This document shows, piece by piece, positions 6,726-14,541 of a stretch of DNA of 32,000 nucleotides. This stretch comes from Vibrio alginolyticus NBRC 15630 = ATCC 17749. Lineage in GTDB: Bacteria > Pseudomonadota > Gammaproteobacteria > Enterobacterales > Vibrionaceae. Location of the stretch: assembly GCF_000354175.2 (NCBI RefSeq), contig NC_022359.1, positions 210,001 through 242,000 on the forward strand, given 5' to 3'. Positions within the stretch are counted from its first letter, which is position 1; the number at the start of each line of letters is the position of its first letter. A program made the position numbers and the translations under genes. The notes beneath the pieces are model-generated. The model ran no database searches and was not told the DNA's origin. It was given only the letters and a program-made list of their open reading frames with translations.

Positions 6726-9149
6726 TTACAGCTCGTGCTCAGTACGTGCGATGATGTCGTCTTGAGCATCTGGTGATAGCGCTGTGAAGAAGGCTGAGTA
6801 GCCTGCGACTCGCACAACAAGATCACGATATTGCTCCGGGTTCTTCTTCGCAGCTAGCAAGGTCTCACGAGAGACGATATTGTACTGAACATGCCAGCCT
6901 TTGTGGTGGTTGAAGAAGGTACGAATCAACATAGAAAGCTTGAGCTTATCCCCTTCAGACTCAACCGCTGCCGGACTTAATTTCTGGTTAAGCAGCACGC
7001 CACCCAAGATCTTATTCGCTTGGATCTTACCCACTGAGTTATACACTGCGGTTGGACCTAAACGGTCTGAGCCAGATGACGGGCTTGCACCTTCTGCCAA
7101 TGGTGTTTTCGCTTTACGACCATCTGGCGTTGCCATGGTTGAAGCACCGAATGGGACGTTTGCCGAGATACTTGATGTACCTGCGTAGTAACCGCCGCCA
7201 ATTGGACCACGCCCATGACGCGTATTAACGAACTGTTCTAGCTCATCAATGTACACTTGGTAAGCGTCTGCCAGTAGTTGGTCTACTGCGTCATCATCGT
7301 TACCGTATTTTGGTGCAAAGTTGATAAGACGTTGGCGAAGCTGTTCGTTCTCCATGCCGTCGAAATCTTCTGCCAATGCTTTTGCCAACTCTGGTTGGGT
7401 GATTTGCGCGTCATCGAAAACAAGGTGCTTGATGGCAGCTAGGCTGTTACCCAAGTTTGCGATACCGACTTGCAAACCAGATACCCAATCGTATTTCGCG
7501 CCGCCTTCTTTCACGGTTTTACCGCGAGCCAAACAGTCATCCACCAGCGTTGAACAGAAGATGTCTTGTGCCTGCTGTTCAAGCACGCTGTCCACTACCG
7601 TATCAATCTCAATCGATTTACGGGTGTAGTAGCGGATTTGCTCTGCCCAAGAAGCTGTCACTTGCTCAAAGTTCTCAAAGTTGCCTTTTGCTAATGACTT
7701 ATCGTGCGGCAAGAAAGCTTTACCCGTTGTTGCATCCACACCTTCGTTCAATGAAGCGAGCAGGATACGAGCGAAGTTAATGAAGCTCATGCCCGTACAA
7801 CGGTAACCCCATTTGCCCGGAACCGCCGTCTCGATACAGCCGATAGATGCGTAGTTGTAAGCGTCTTCTTTCTCTACACCAAGCTTGATGAATTCAGGAA
7901 TAACAACCTCATCGTTGTTAAAAGCTGGCATGCCGAAGCCGCACTTAATCACCTCGATACAGCCCATTAAGAACTCTTGGTTCAAACCTTCGTGGTAACG
8001 CACACTCAAGTTAGGTTGCGTCGAACGTAACTGACCACAAGATTCCAGAATCGCCCAAGAAAGGGGATTCACTGCGTCTTCTGGCTCACCCTTTTCATTC
8101 AACTTCTGGCCGCCGATACACACGTTTTGGTACAGCGGAGAACCTGCCGATGCTTTCGAGTGCGCACCAGAGCGAATCTTGTTTACTTCAAGCAGCTTCA
8201 ACCAGCAGCTTTGTAAAAGCTCAAGTGCGAAGCCTTTTTCAAGCGTGCCGTTTTCGATATCACGAACATAGAATTCGTTGAGGAACTGGTCCATACGACC
8301 GAAAGAAACCGAGTGACCGTTCGATTCGATTTGTAGCATCAACTGAACGAAGTAGCTTAATTGCAATGCTTGCCAGAAGTTTTCTGGTGCGTAGCTTGCT
8401 ACATGACGACAGTTTGCCGCAATGCTTTCTAACTCAGCTTTGCGCAGCGGGCGCGTCTCTTCTAACGCCATTTTTGCTGCTAATTCAGCGTAGCTCACCA
8501 TGTGATCTTGAATGGCAAGCAGTACGATTTCGACTGATTTATAGAACTGCTCTTTCTTCAAGCCTTCAAAGGTCGAAACATCATTGTTAGCACGGTGCTG
8601 ACGAACATCCTCTAACAAACCGTTCATGCCTAGCTTCAAGATTTTCTCGTTGTCCACCGCTAGGTGCGCGTCACCCGAAGTCATGTTGCCTTCAGCTTTA
8701 ATGATGGTGCTGGCTAAGATCTCTTGCTGCTCATCAGTAAACAAACCATAACAACGGTCTTGAACGGTTTTACCGCGCCAGTACGGCGTGATGCTGTGGA
8801 TGCTTTGCTTATCTTCTTCAGTGACCGCAAAGCCTGCACCAGGACGGTCGGCTAGCTCATCAATTTCCGCTTCAATCCAACGCACTGTGTATTCTGGGAA
8901 AATAGGCGCAGCGCGCACTTTGCTCGCTTGGTTACCGACGATCAACTCATCGTGTTTAATCCAAATCGTACGAGTGCGTAAGTGCTCTTGCAGTGCCAGC
9001 GCACGTTGGACAATCACAGGTTTGTCTTCGTTTGCTTGATAAGCACGAGTGTATGCCTCTGCACGCTCGGTACAGACAGGTGGCGTTACGATATTTACCA
9101 GTGCCGATTTGTGCGCTTTGATACGCTCAGGAAGGTAATTTAGGTCCAT
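6726..9149 (-). CDS. ybiW: Glycyl radical enzyme, YbiW/PflD (dehydratase-type, not PFL) family
   Basis: 807 aa. The C-terminal glycyl-radical fingerprint RDLVVRVAGYSAFFTALSPDAQDDIIARTEH places Gly783 at nt 6801-6803. The catalytic loop SIGCIETAVPG has a single Cys438 (nt 7836-7838) with Glu440 at +2, not the Cys-Cys of pyruvate formate-lyase. The N-terminus ERIKAHKSALVNIVTPPVCTERA and the block WIKHDELIVGNQASKVRAAPIFPEYT match my memory of E. coli YbiW. The activase lies 2 nt upstream. Confidence 0.9.
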   Translation of the reverse strand: MDLNYLPERIKAHKSALVNIVTPPVCTERAEAYTRAYQANEDKPVIVQRALALQEHLRTRTIWIKHDELIVGNQASKVRAAPIFPEYTVRWIEAEIDELADRPGAGFAVTEEDKQSIHSITPYWRGKTVQDRCYGLFTDEQQEILASTIIKAEGNMTSGDAHLAVDNEKILKLGMNGLLEDVRQHRANNDVSTFEGLKKEQFYKSVEIVLLAIQDHMVSYAELAAKMALEETRPLRKAELESIAANCRHVASYAPENFWQALQLSYFVQLMLQIESNGHSVSFGRMDQFLNEFYVRDIENGTLEKGFALELLQSCWLKLLEVNKIRSGAHSKASAGSPLYQNVCIGGQKLNEKGEPEDAVNPLSWAILESCGQLRSTQPNLSVRYHEGLNQEFLMGCIEVIKCGFGMPAFNNDEVVIPEFIKLGVEKEDAYNYASIGCIETAVPGKWGYRCTGMSFINFARILLASLNEGVDATTGKAFLPHDKSLAKGNFENFEQVTASWAEQIRYYTRKSIEIDTVVDSVLEQQAQDIFCSTLVDDCLARGKTVKEGGAKYDWVSGLQVGIANLGNSLAAIKHLVFDDAQITQPELAKALAEDFDGMENEQLRQRLINFAPKYGNDDDAVDQLLADAYQVYIDELEQFVNTRHGRGPIGGGYYAGTSSISANVPFGASTMATPDGRKAKTPLAEGASPSSGSDRLGPTAVYNSVGKIQANKILGGVLLNQKLSPAAVESEGDKLKLSMLIRTFFNHHKGWHVQYNIVSRETLLAAKKNPEQYRDLVVRVAGYSAFFTALSPDAQDDIIARTEHEL

Positions 9150-9151
9150 AG

Positions 9152-10093
9152 TTAACCTCTTACAATCACGTTAAGTTGGGTGTTTTCGCTTGCGTATTGC
9201 ATGGCGCTTTCTAGCAGTTCTGGTTTGTTTAATGGCTTGTCAGAACACTCGTAAGGCATATCGAGCAAACGGTATTTATTGATGCCGAGCGTGTGGTACG
9301 GCAGCAAGTGAAGTTCTTGGCAGCTTTCTAGTGAAGCCGCAAAATCGATGATGTCTTTCAACTCTTCGATGGTGTCATTGAACCCCGGCACCACGGGAAC
9401 GCGAATCACAATGCATTTCGCGATAGGTGCCAGTTTTCGGAAATTGTCTTTGATGCGTTTTAGTGAACCTTTCGCCCAGTTAAGAAACTTCTCTTCATCG
9501 GTGTGTTTTAAATCCGCCAACCAGCAATCAATATGCGGCGCGGCTTTTTCGACGTTCTTCCACGGCACATGCATGCACGATTCAATGGCGGTAGAGACTT
9601 GGTTGTCATGCAGACGCTGTGCGAGTTCTGCTACCAAATCAGCTTGCATGAGTGGCTCACCACCGGAGAAGGTCACGCCACCTTGGCTTTGGTCGTAGAA
9701 AGGTTTGTCCTTCATTAAGGTGTCGAACAACATGTCTGATTTCGCCTCTTCACCGCAGACAGTCAGTGCTTGCGTAGGACAGACGTCTCGCAGCGCGATC
9801 AGTTGGTCTTCTTTGATGGCTTTGCGATTGATGATGATCTGGTTGTCGATACATTGAATACCATCACCTACCGTTTCACTATCCGCTGTAGATTGAGTTG
9901 TGGCTTGATAAGCAGAAACGCACAGCTGGCAATCTTCCATGCAGCTTCGCTGATCAAACAACAGTGAATGCTTTTCGCTGCGACTTTCTGGGTTTTGACA
10001 CCAAGGGCAAGACAAGCTGCATCCTTTAAGAAAAAGAATGGAACGAATGCCATCACCATCATGGGTAGAGAATCGTTGGATATTGAAATACAT
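9152..10093 (-). CDS. ybiY: Glycyl-radical-enzyme activating enzyme (radical SAM)
   Basis: 313 aa. The N-terminal GDGIRSILFLKGCSLSCPWCQNPE gives C25-x3-C29-x2-C32. A Cys-containing ferredoxin-like insert spans residues 51-113. GGVTFSGGEPL is the SAM-binding motif. It sits directly upstream of the GRE on the same strand. Confidence 0.9.
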   Translation of the reverse strand: MYFNIQRFSTHDGDGIRSILFLKGCSLSCPWCQNPESRSEKHSLLFDQRSCMEDCQLCVSAYQATTQSTADSETVGDGIQCIDNQIIINRKAIKEDQLIALRDVCPTQALTVCGEEAKSDMLFDTLMKDKPFYDQSQGGVTFSGGEPLMQADLVAELAQRLHDNQVSTAIESCMHVPWKNVEKAAPHIDCWLADLKHTDEEKFLNWAKGSLKRIKDNFRKLAPIAKCIVIRVPVVPGFNDTIEELKDIIDFAASLESCQELHLLPYHTLGINKYRLLDMPYECSDKPLNKPELLESAMQYASENTQLNVIVRG

Positions 10094-10265
10094 CTCTGCT
10101 TGCCTCTTGGTTTGTGCTACTGCTGTGTACCTAATTCGTTTCTTTTGCTCGTTGAGTCTTATGAACAGCTTTTGTGTTTTCTAACTGAAAGCTTCATTTG
10201 AGCGTTTACAAGTTTCACTTGAGTTTCATTTAATGAAATTATTATGGTTTCAAATGAAATTTCAA

Positions 10266-10279
10266 TTGATCAAAATCAA
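10266..10279. promoter_or_regulatory. Perfect FNR-type box TTGAT-N4-ATCAA, with a candidate class II promoter for fsa
   Basis: TTGATcaaaATCAA occupies 10266-10279. A -10-like TATAGT lies at 10302-10307. If the TSS is near 10314, the box centre is at -41.5. The fsa ATG is at 10350. Confidence 0.6.
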
Positions 10280-10349
10280 GATCTCGTTCGATTGTCAGAT
10301 CTATAGTGATCCCATCATCAAAACGAAGATTTTGTTTAAGGTAGAAACC

Positions 10350-11024
10350 ATGATTGAACTTTATTTAGATACTGCTGATGTGGCAGAAGTAAAACGCTTT
10401 AACCAGTGCCTACCGCTAAAAGGCGTGACGACAAACCCAAGCATTTTGGCGAAGTCAAAGCAGGGACTGAATGAAACCCTCGCAGGTATGCAAGAAGCAC
10501 TTGGCGGTACACCTCGCTTTCACGCTCAAGTCGTGAGTTCAACCGTCGAAGGCATGGTGGCAGAAGCGCGCCAATTGAATGAATTGCCTTACGATATGGT
10601 GGTAAAAGTGCCAGCAACAGAAACCGGCTTAGCGGCAATTAAGCTAATGAAAAAAGAGGGAATTCAGGTTCTTGCTACCGCTATCTATTCCGCTCAACAG
10701 GGTTTCCTTGCGGCACTGTGCGGTGCAGACTACCTAGCACCTTACGTAAACCGCATTGATGCGATGAACGGCAACGGTGTTGAAGTGGTCGCGGATCTTC
10801 AATTGTTGCTCGATCAAAACCAACTACCAGCGAAGATTTTGGCAGCCAGCTTCAAGAACACTCAACAAGCGATGGAGGTGATGAAACTGGGCATCGAAGC
10901 CATTACATTACCAACTGATGTGGCGGCACAAATGTTCGCACATCCAGCAGTAAAACCGGCGGTTGAGCAGTTCGATAAAGACTGGAAAGAGACGTTCGGC
11001 GATAAACTTTCATTTGAAAGCTAA
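10350..11024 (+). CDS. fsaA: Fructose-6-phosphate aldolase (transaldolase-fold, FSA/TalC family)
   Basis: 224 aa from ATG 10350, with an SD AAGGTAG. The N-terminus MIELYLDTADVAEVKRF....LKGVTTNPSIL and the Schiff-base Lys context MVVKVPAT are typical of FSA. The 39-codon extension from 10233 in the ORF track runs through the promoter region. The gene is divergent from the GRE operon, as in E. coli fsaA/ybiY-ybiW. Confidence 0.9.
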   Translation: MIELYLDTADVAEVKRFNQCLPLKGVTTNPSILAKSKQGLNETLAGMQEALGGTPRFHAQVVSSTVEGMVAEARQLNELPYDMVVKVPATETGLAAIKLMKKEGIQVLATAIYSAQQGFLAALCGADYLAPYVNRIDAMNGNGVEVVADLQLLLDQNQLPAKILAASFKNTQQAMEVMKLGIEAITLPTDVAAQMFAHPAVKPAVEQFDKDWKETFGDKLSFES

Positions 11025-11058
11025 TTAAAAGTAGCAGCTAGACGTCTCAATGAATAAT

Positions 11059-11115
11059 AAAGGGAATCTTAACTCACCCTGTGCGCCGGTGAACTTAAGG
11101 TTCCCTTTTGTATTT
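11059..11115. terminator. Long hairpin terminator between convergent fsa and DUF2809/cre operon
   Basis: AAAGGGAATCTTAA (11059-11072) pairs with TTAAGGTTCCCTTT (11095-11108) with one G-U pair and a 22-nt loop. TTTTG follows on the plus strand and TTTATTATT on the minus strand. Confidence 0.55.
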
Positions 11116-11264
11116 CATATAAACAGGTGAGGTTTACAGCAGTTCTCTATTGGTCAGTGACCAAAGGTACACGCGCTTGAGTAAACTGATTTTGATCCTT
11201 TTACGAATACCTCGTTTGGAATGGCGGAGTCGGTTTGGTAGCGTAATGGCTTTCATCTCGTTTT

Positions 11265-11693
11265 TCATTTCTTTTCCATCCACCAACACAGTAGACCTCC
11301 GATGCAGTAAGCCAGCATATCTTTCCAATCAAATGTGGCGCCCAAAATTACAGCCAGAGGGGATGAAGATTCGATACCAAACCAAACTGCGACCTGTAAC
11401 AGTTGCCCTAACTCAACAGCAAACGCAATCAACACCACCAGTGAAACCAGCCAGTTAACAGGCATGGAGAACAAACTTGCAAGAAAGTAGTAGAGCCAAA
11501 CCACAACGAGAACATCACCAAATGTCGGACGAATAAAGCTGTCTCGAACATAGAGCGCAATAACGACCAATGCGATAAAACACACCAAGCTTTTCAGTCC
11601 ATTTTTTGCAGAAAATCGCAGGTGGATAGCGGATGTCTCTTCCACCATATCACTTGGCTGACCAGTGAGAGTTTCTCGCTTAAACGTCTTCAT
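11265..11693 (-). CDS. DUF2809-like small integral membrane protein
   Basis: Four hydrophobic segments. The motifs RDSFIRPTFGDVLVVVWLYYF and FDWKDMLAYCIGGLL resemble DUF2809. The start is uncertain: GTG 11708, ATG 11693 or ATG 11648. The first two overlap the creD stop. Confidence 0.6.
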   Translation of the reverse strand: MKTFKRETLTGQPSDMVEETSAIHLRFSAKNGLKSLVCFIALVVIALYVRDSFIRPTFGDVLVVVWLYYFLASLFSMPVNWLVSLVVLIAFAVELGQLLQVAVWFGIESSSPLAVILGATFDWKDMLAYCIGGLLCWWMEKK

Positions 11694-13020
11694 GATTCGC
11701 CTTTGCACTTTCTTCCGCTTTATTATTTCGTGCGTACCAGTCGATGTTGCGTGTAATGACCATAGTGAAACTCAAAATCGCGAAACACAGTAATGCCCCC
11801 ATGACCAATGCGTAGCTTTCTGCTTGTAGCAAGCCAAACAGTAATCCGTAGAGAGTGAGCAAACACGCTCCGAAGATCGCGCCGTGTTTGGTGTTGCTCA
11901 ACATACCGCTCACGTAAACACTTAAAAGCCCCGTCGATGCGACTGCTGACACCACATATGCCCAGTTAAAGCCGAGGTGTTCACTCATCGAAATCAGCAA
12001 TAGATAGAAAAGCGCTAAAGCCAGACCAATAAAGCCGTATTGTACTGGGTGAACCGGACGCGCTTGGAACAGCTCCAGTAAGAAGAAACTCGCAAATACT
12101 AATGTGATAACCAACAGTGAATAGTTCACAGCTCGGTGAGATTTCAAATAGTGGTCCACGGGATCAATCAAATCTACGCCCATTTGTCGCTGTTCAAGCT
12201 CGTGACAAGCGTGATTCGATGACAAACAGCTTTGGAACAGCTGCGCAATATTGGTAGAGAAGTTGTTGCTCGCCCACTGTGCGTTAAATCCATCTTCAGA
12301 TACTTCTGATGACACCGGTAAGTAATCACCGATAAAGCTTGGATGCGCCCAAGTTGAAGAGAGTTCAACCGTTGTTTGACTGCCAATTGGTGTGACTTGA
12401 AGCTGTCCCATCCCTTGTAGCAAGAAGTTAAGATCGAAAGCCAAAGGTTGTGCTGGGTTTAGGTCTGCAAGTGTCAGATCACTGTGGAAGCCTTGTGGTA
12501 ACTGATTTAACCCCGTTCCCGGTGCGACTTCGATGTTAGCACTCTCCATGGTCATGTCATCCAAACGAATTAATCCGCGGCTATCTTCAATGCCAACCAC
12601 TAGGCTCATGTTGTCAATATCAAGCCCCTGCAACGCCGCGAGATCGTCTGCATCGAAAGTGCCTTTCAGTGCCACTTGTGCTTTGTATAAACGCGCACGG
12701 TATATGCCTCGGTACTTTTCAAAACTGTCCAGATTCGCGCTCATATCAAAAGTGCTAGGTAAAAGAAATTTACGACGCTCTTTAATCTGTACTTTGTCAT
12801 CTCGGTAACTGGTTTCGGTGTAGTTAACCATGATGAATGGACCAATGATGCGCTGCTCGCCGCTGCTGCTGCGTGCGATGTCGTTTCTGACTTCATCTTG
12901 GCGATATGAGCGCTCTGAGATCAGCCCTGTGACCATTGAAAGCGGGATTTGCAATAAGACAAACAAAAACAGCACGAAGGCGAACTTCGTGCCGAGTTGG
13001 TTATTGAGGATCTTTTTCAT
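11680..13020 (-). CDS. creD: Inner-membrane protein CreD
   Basis: 446 aa. The N-terminal TM plus LISERSYRQDEV motif, a large periplasmic domain and a 5-TM C-terminal block fit the CreD family layout. It follows creBC. Confidence 0.9.
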   Translation of the reverse strand: MKKILNNQLGTKFAFVLFLFVLLQIPLSMVTGLISERSYRQDEVRNDIARSSSGEQRIIGPFIMVNYTETSYRDDKVQIKERRKFLLPSTFDMSANLDSFEKYRGIYRARLYKAQVALKGTFDADDLAALQGLDIDNMSLVVGIEDSRGLIRLDDMTMESANIEVAPGTGLNQLPQGFHSDLTLADLNPAQPLAFDLNFLLQGMGQLQVTPIGSQTTVELSSTWAHPSFIGDYLPVSSEVSEDGFNAQWASNNFSTNIAQLFQSCLSSNHACHELEQRQMGVDLIDPVDHYLKSHRAVNYSLLVITLVFASFFLLELFQARPVHPVQYGFIGLALALFYLLLISMSEHLGFNWAYVVSAVASTGLLSVYVSGMLSNTKHGAIFGACLLTLYGLLFGLLQAESYALVMGALLCFAILSFTMVITRNIDWYARNNKAEESAKANHEDV

Positions 13021-13095
13021 GTTTCATTCTCCATTTGCTGATGGGAGTAATCTAAATCAGCAATTTGGAGAACGAATGGAGCTAATGTGGAGTTT

Positions 13096-14541
13096 CTATG
13101 GAGTTGGTAAAATCAGGGTCACTTTCACGCCAGAATCGACGTTTTCGACTTGCAACTGACCTTTGTGCAGCTTGATCACTTGCTCAACAAAATTAAGCCC
13201 AAGCCCAGTGCTCTTAACGCCATTTTCCCGAGCGAGGGAGTAGAAGCGCTCGGTCAAACGCGACATCGCGTAGTCGGGAATGTGAGGACCTGAATTGAAA
13301 ATCGACAAGCACACCTTCTCTTTTGTGACCTCCGCTTTCCATTCAATGCATCCCTCTGAATCAACAAAATCCAGCGCATTGTCCATCAAGTTAAAAACGG
13401 CTTGTTTCAGTAAGAAGGCATCACCAAGCACGGCAAGATGATCATCAATTTGGATGTTGGCAGTGACCGACTTTGCACTCAAACGCGCATCCGCCGATTC
13501 AACCACCTCATTGACCATTTGTTTTAGCGAGATAGCTTCGACTTGTTCTAGCTCAGGGCGCTTTTCAAGACGAGCAAGTTCGAGCAACTTATCAATCAAT
13601 GACTGCATGCGGTCGCTTTCTCGCTCAATGTTGCCAGCAAAGCGCGTGACCTTTTCTTCAGGCAACGGCATTTGCAATATTTCACTCGCGCCTTTAATCG
13701 CTGATAACGGGCTTTTCAGCTCATGAGTCAGCGTCTGTACGTACTCTTCCACATATTGTTTACCATCGAGCTGATTGCGCATTTTCTCCAATGCGTCGCT
13801 TAGCGTGCCGTACTCATAAAAGATACGAAATGTCGGCTTAGAGACCTTTTCACCCTCACCCATTTTGGTCGCGTAGTCTTCTAGCTTGTTCAGTGCCGAG
13901 TGAATTCGCCAAGCAAACAATGCCCCTGCCAATAGCACTAAACCACTCATCCATACCATCCAAAACAGCACATTGCGTTTAGAAAGATCGATGAAGGGTT
14001 GTACTGAGCGATTGGATTTGGCTACCGTCACGCTGCCAATGATTTCACCTTTGTGGTAAATGGGCGCAGCCACGTGCATAACGGTTGAGAGCGGATCTTT
14101 CGGGTCTTCGATGGTACTGCGCGCGCCGTATTGACCACGCAACGTGAGATAAACATCGTTCCATTGCGAGTAGTCTTTGCCTACGTCTTGCTGCCAAGAA
14201 TCCGCAATCACAATGCCTTGTTTATCGGTGATGTAAATTCGATGGTTAATCGCTTTTTTACCGATTTCCCAAATGCGCGCTTGAGGCTCTCGCTGTCCAT
14301 AAGCCGTTAATAGTTTGGAGAAGCGACTCTCAGACAACTTGTCATTCGCGACGTCTTCTTCCGCCAATACCGCGAGTAAGTTCGCCATATCCACTAGCGT
14401 CTCTTCGGTGGTTTGGCGCACGGTTGGCTTAAGTTCTTGGACAACCGTTTTGCTCACCATGTAAGCCGTCATCCCGACTAAGATGAAGTAGAGAAAAAAC
14501 AGTCTGAGTCCAAGCGGGATCTTCGGCCAGCGATTCATCAT
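13096..14541 (-). CDS. creC: Two-component sensor histidine kinase CreC
   Basis: 481 aa. The periplasmic block DYSQWNDVYLTLRGQYGARSTIEDPKDPLSTVMHVAAPI closely matches E. coli CreC as I remember it. The H-box is LTHELKSPLSAI and the ATPase G-box is STGLGLNFV. The start overlaps the creB stop (ATGA). Confidence 0.9.
   Translation of the reverse strand: MMNRWPKIPLGLRLFFLYFILVGMTAYMVSKTVVQELKPTVRQTTEETLVDMANLLAVLAEEDVANDKLSESRFSKLLTAYGQREPQARIWEIGKKAINHRIYITDKQGIVIADSWQQDVGKDYSQWNDVYLTLRGQYGARSTIEDPKDPLSTVMHVAAPIYHKGEIIGSVTVAKSNRSVQPFIDLSKRNVLFWMVWMSGLVLLAGALFAWRIHSALNKLEDYATKMGEGEKVSKPTFRIFYEYGTLSDALEKMRNQLDGKQYVEEYVQTLTHELKSPLSAIKGASEILQMPLPEEKVTRFAGNIERESDRMQSLIDKLLELARLEKRPELEQVEAISLKQMVNEVVESADARLSAKSVTANIQIDDHLAVLGDAFLLKQAVFNLMDNALDFVDSEGCIEWKAEVTKEKVCLSIFNSGPHIPDYAMSRLTERFYSLARENGVKSTGLGLNFVEQVIKLHKGQLQVENVDSGVKVTLILPTP

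Noticed and set aside
6901-9039. Plus-strand ORFs 6901-7188, 7321-7629, 7457-7780, 8366-8590 and 8788-9039
   Set aside because: They lie entirely inside and antisense to the well-supported GRE CDS. Their translations are low-complexity and Ser/Leu/Arg/Cys-rich, which is typical of shadow ORFs.
6726-9149. Annotating the GRE as pyruvate formate-lyase (formate C-acetyltransferase)
   Set aside because: The active-site loop is GCIE (single Cys plus Glu), not the adjacent Cys-Cys of PflB/TdcE. The neighbourhood (fsa aldolase, no focA or pflA-type small activase) matches YbiW/PflD-type enzymes.
9348-10201. ORFs 9348-9698, 9533-9718, 9770-9967, 9868-10062 and 9968-10201
   Set aside because: They are antisense or out-of-frame overlaps of the activase CDS and its leader. 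I recognise no motifs in them.
10212-10264. TGAAA/TTTCA repeats as Cra (FruR) operators
   Set aside because: The Cra consensus is a 12-16 bp TGAAAC-GTTTCA type site with a central CG. Here the half-sites are either in the opposite order or abut without the CG core (TGAAATTTCA). The resemblance is superficial, so they are reported only as unexplained repeats.
11134-11458. ORFs 11134-11328 (-) and 11150-11458 (+)
   Set aside because: One spans the non-coding 3' region beyond the DUF2809-like gene. The other is antisense to that gene. Neither has an SD or a recognisable motif.
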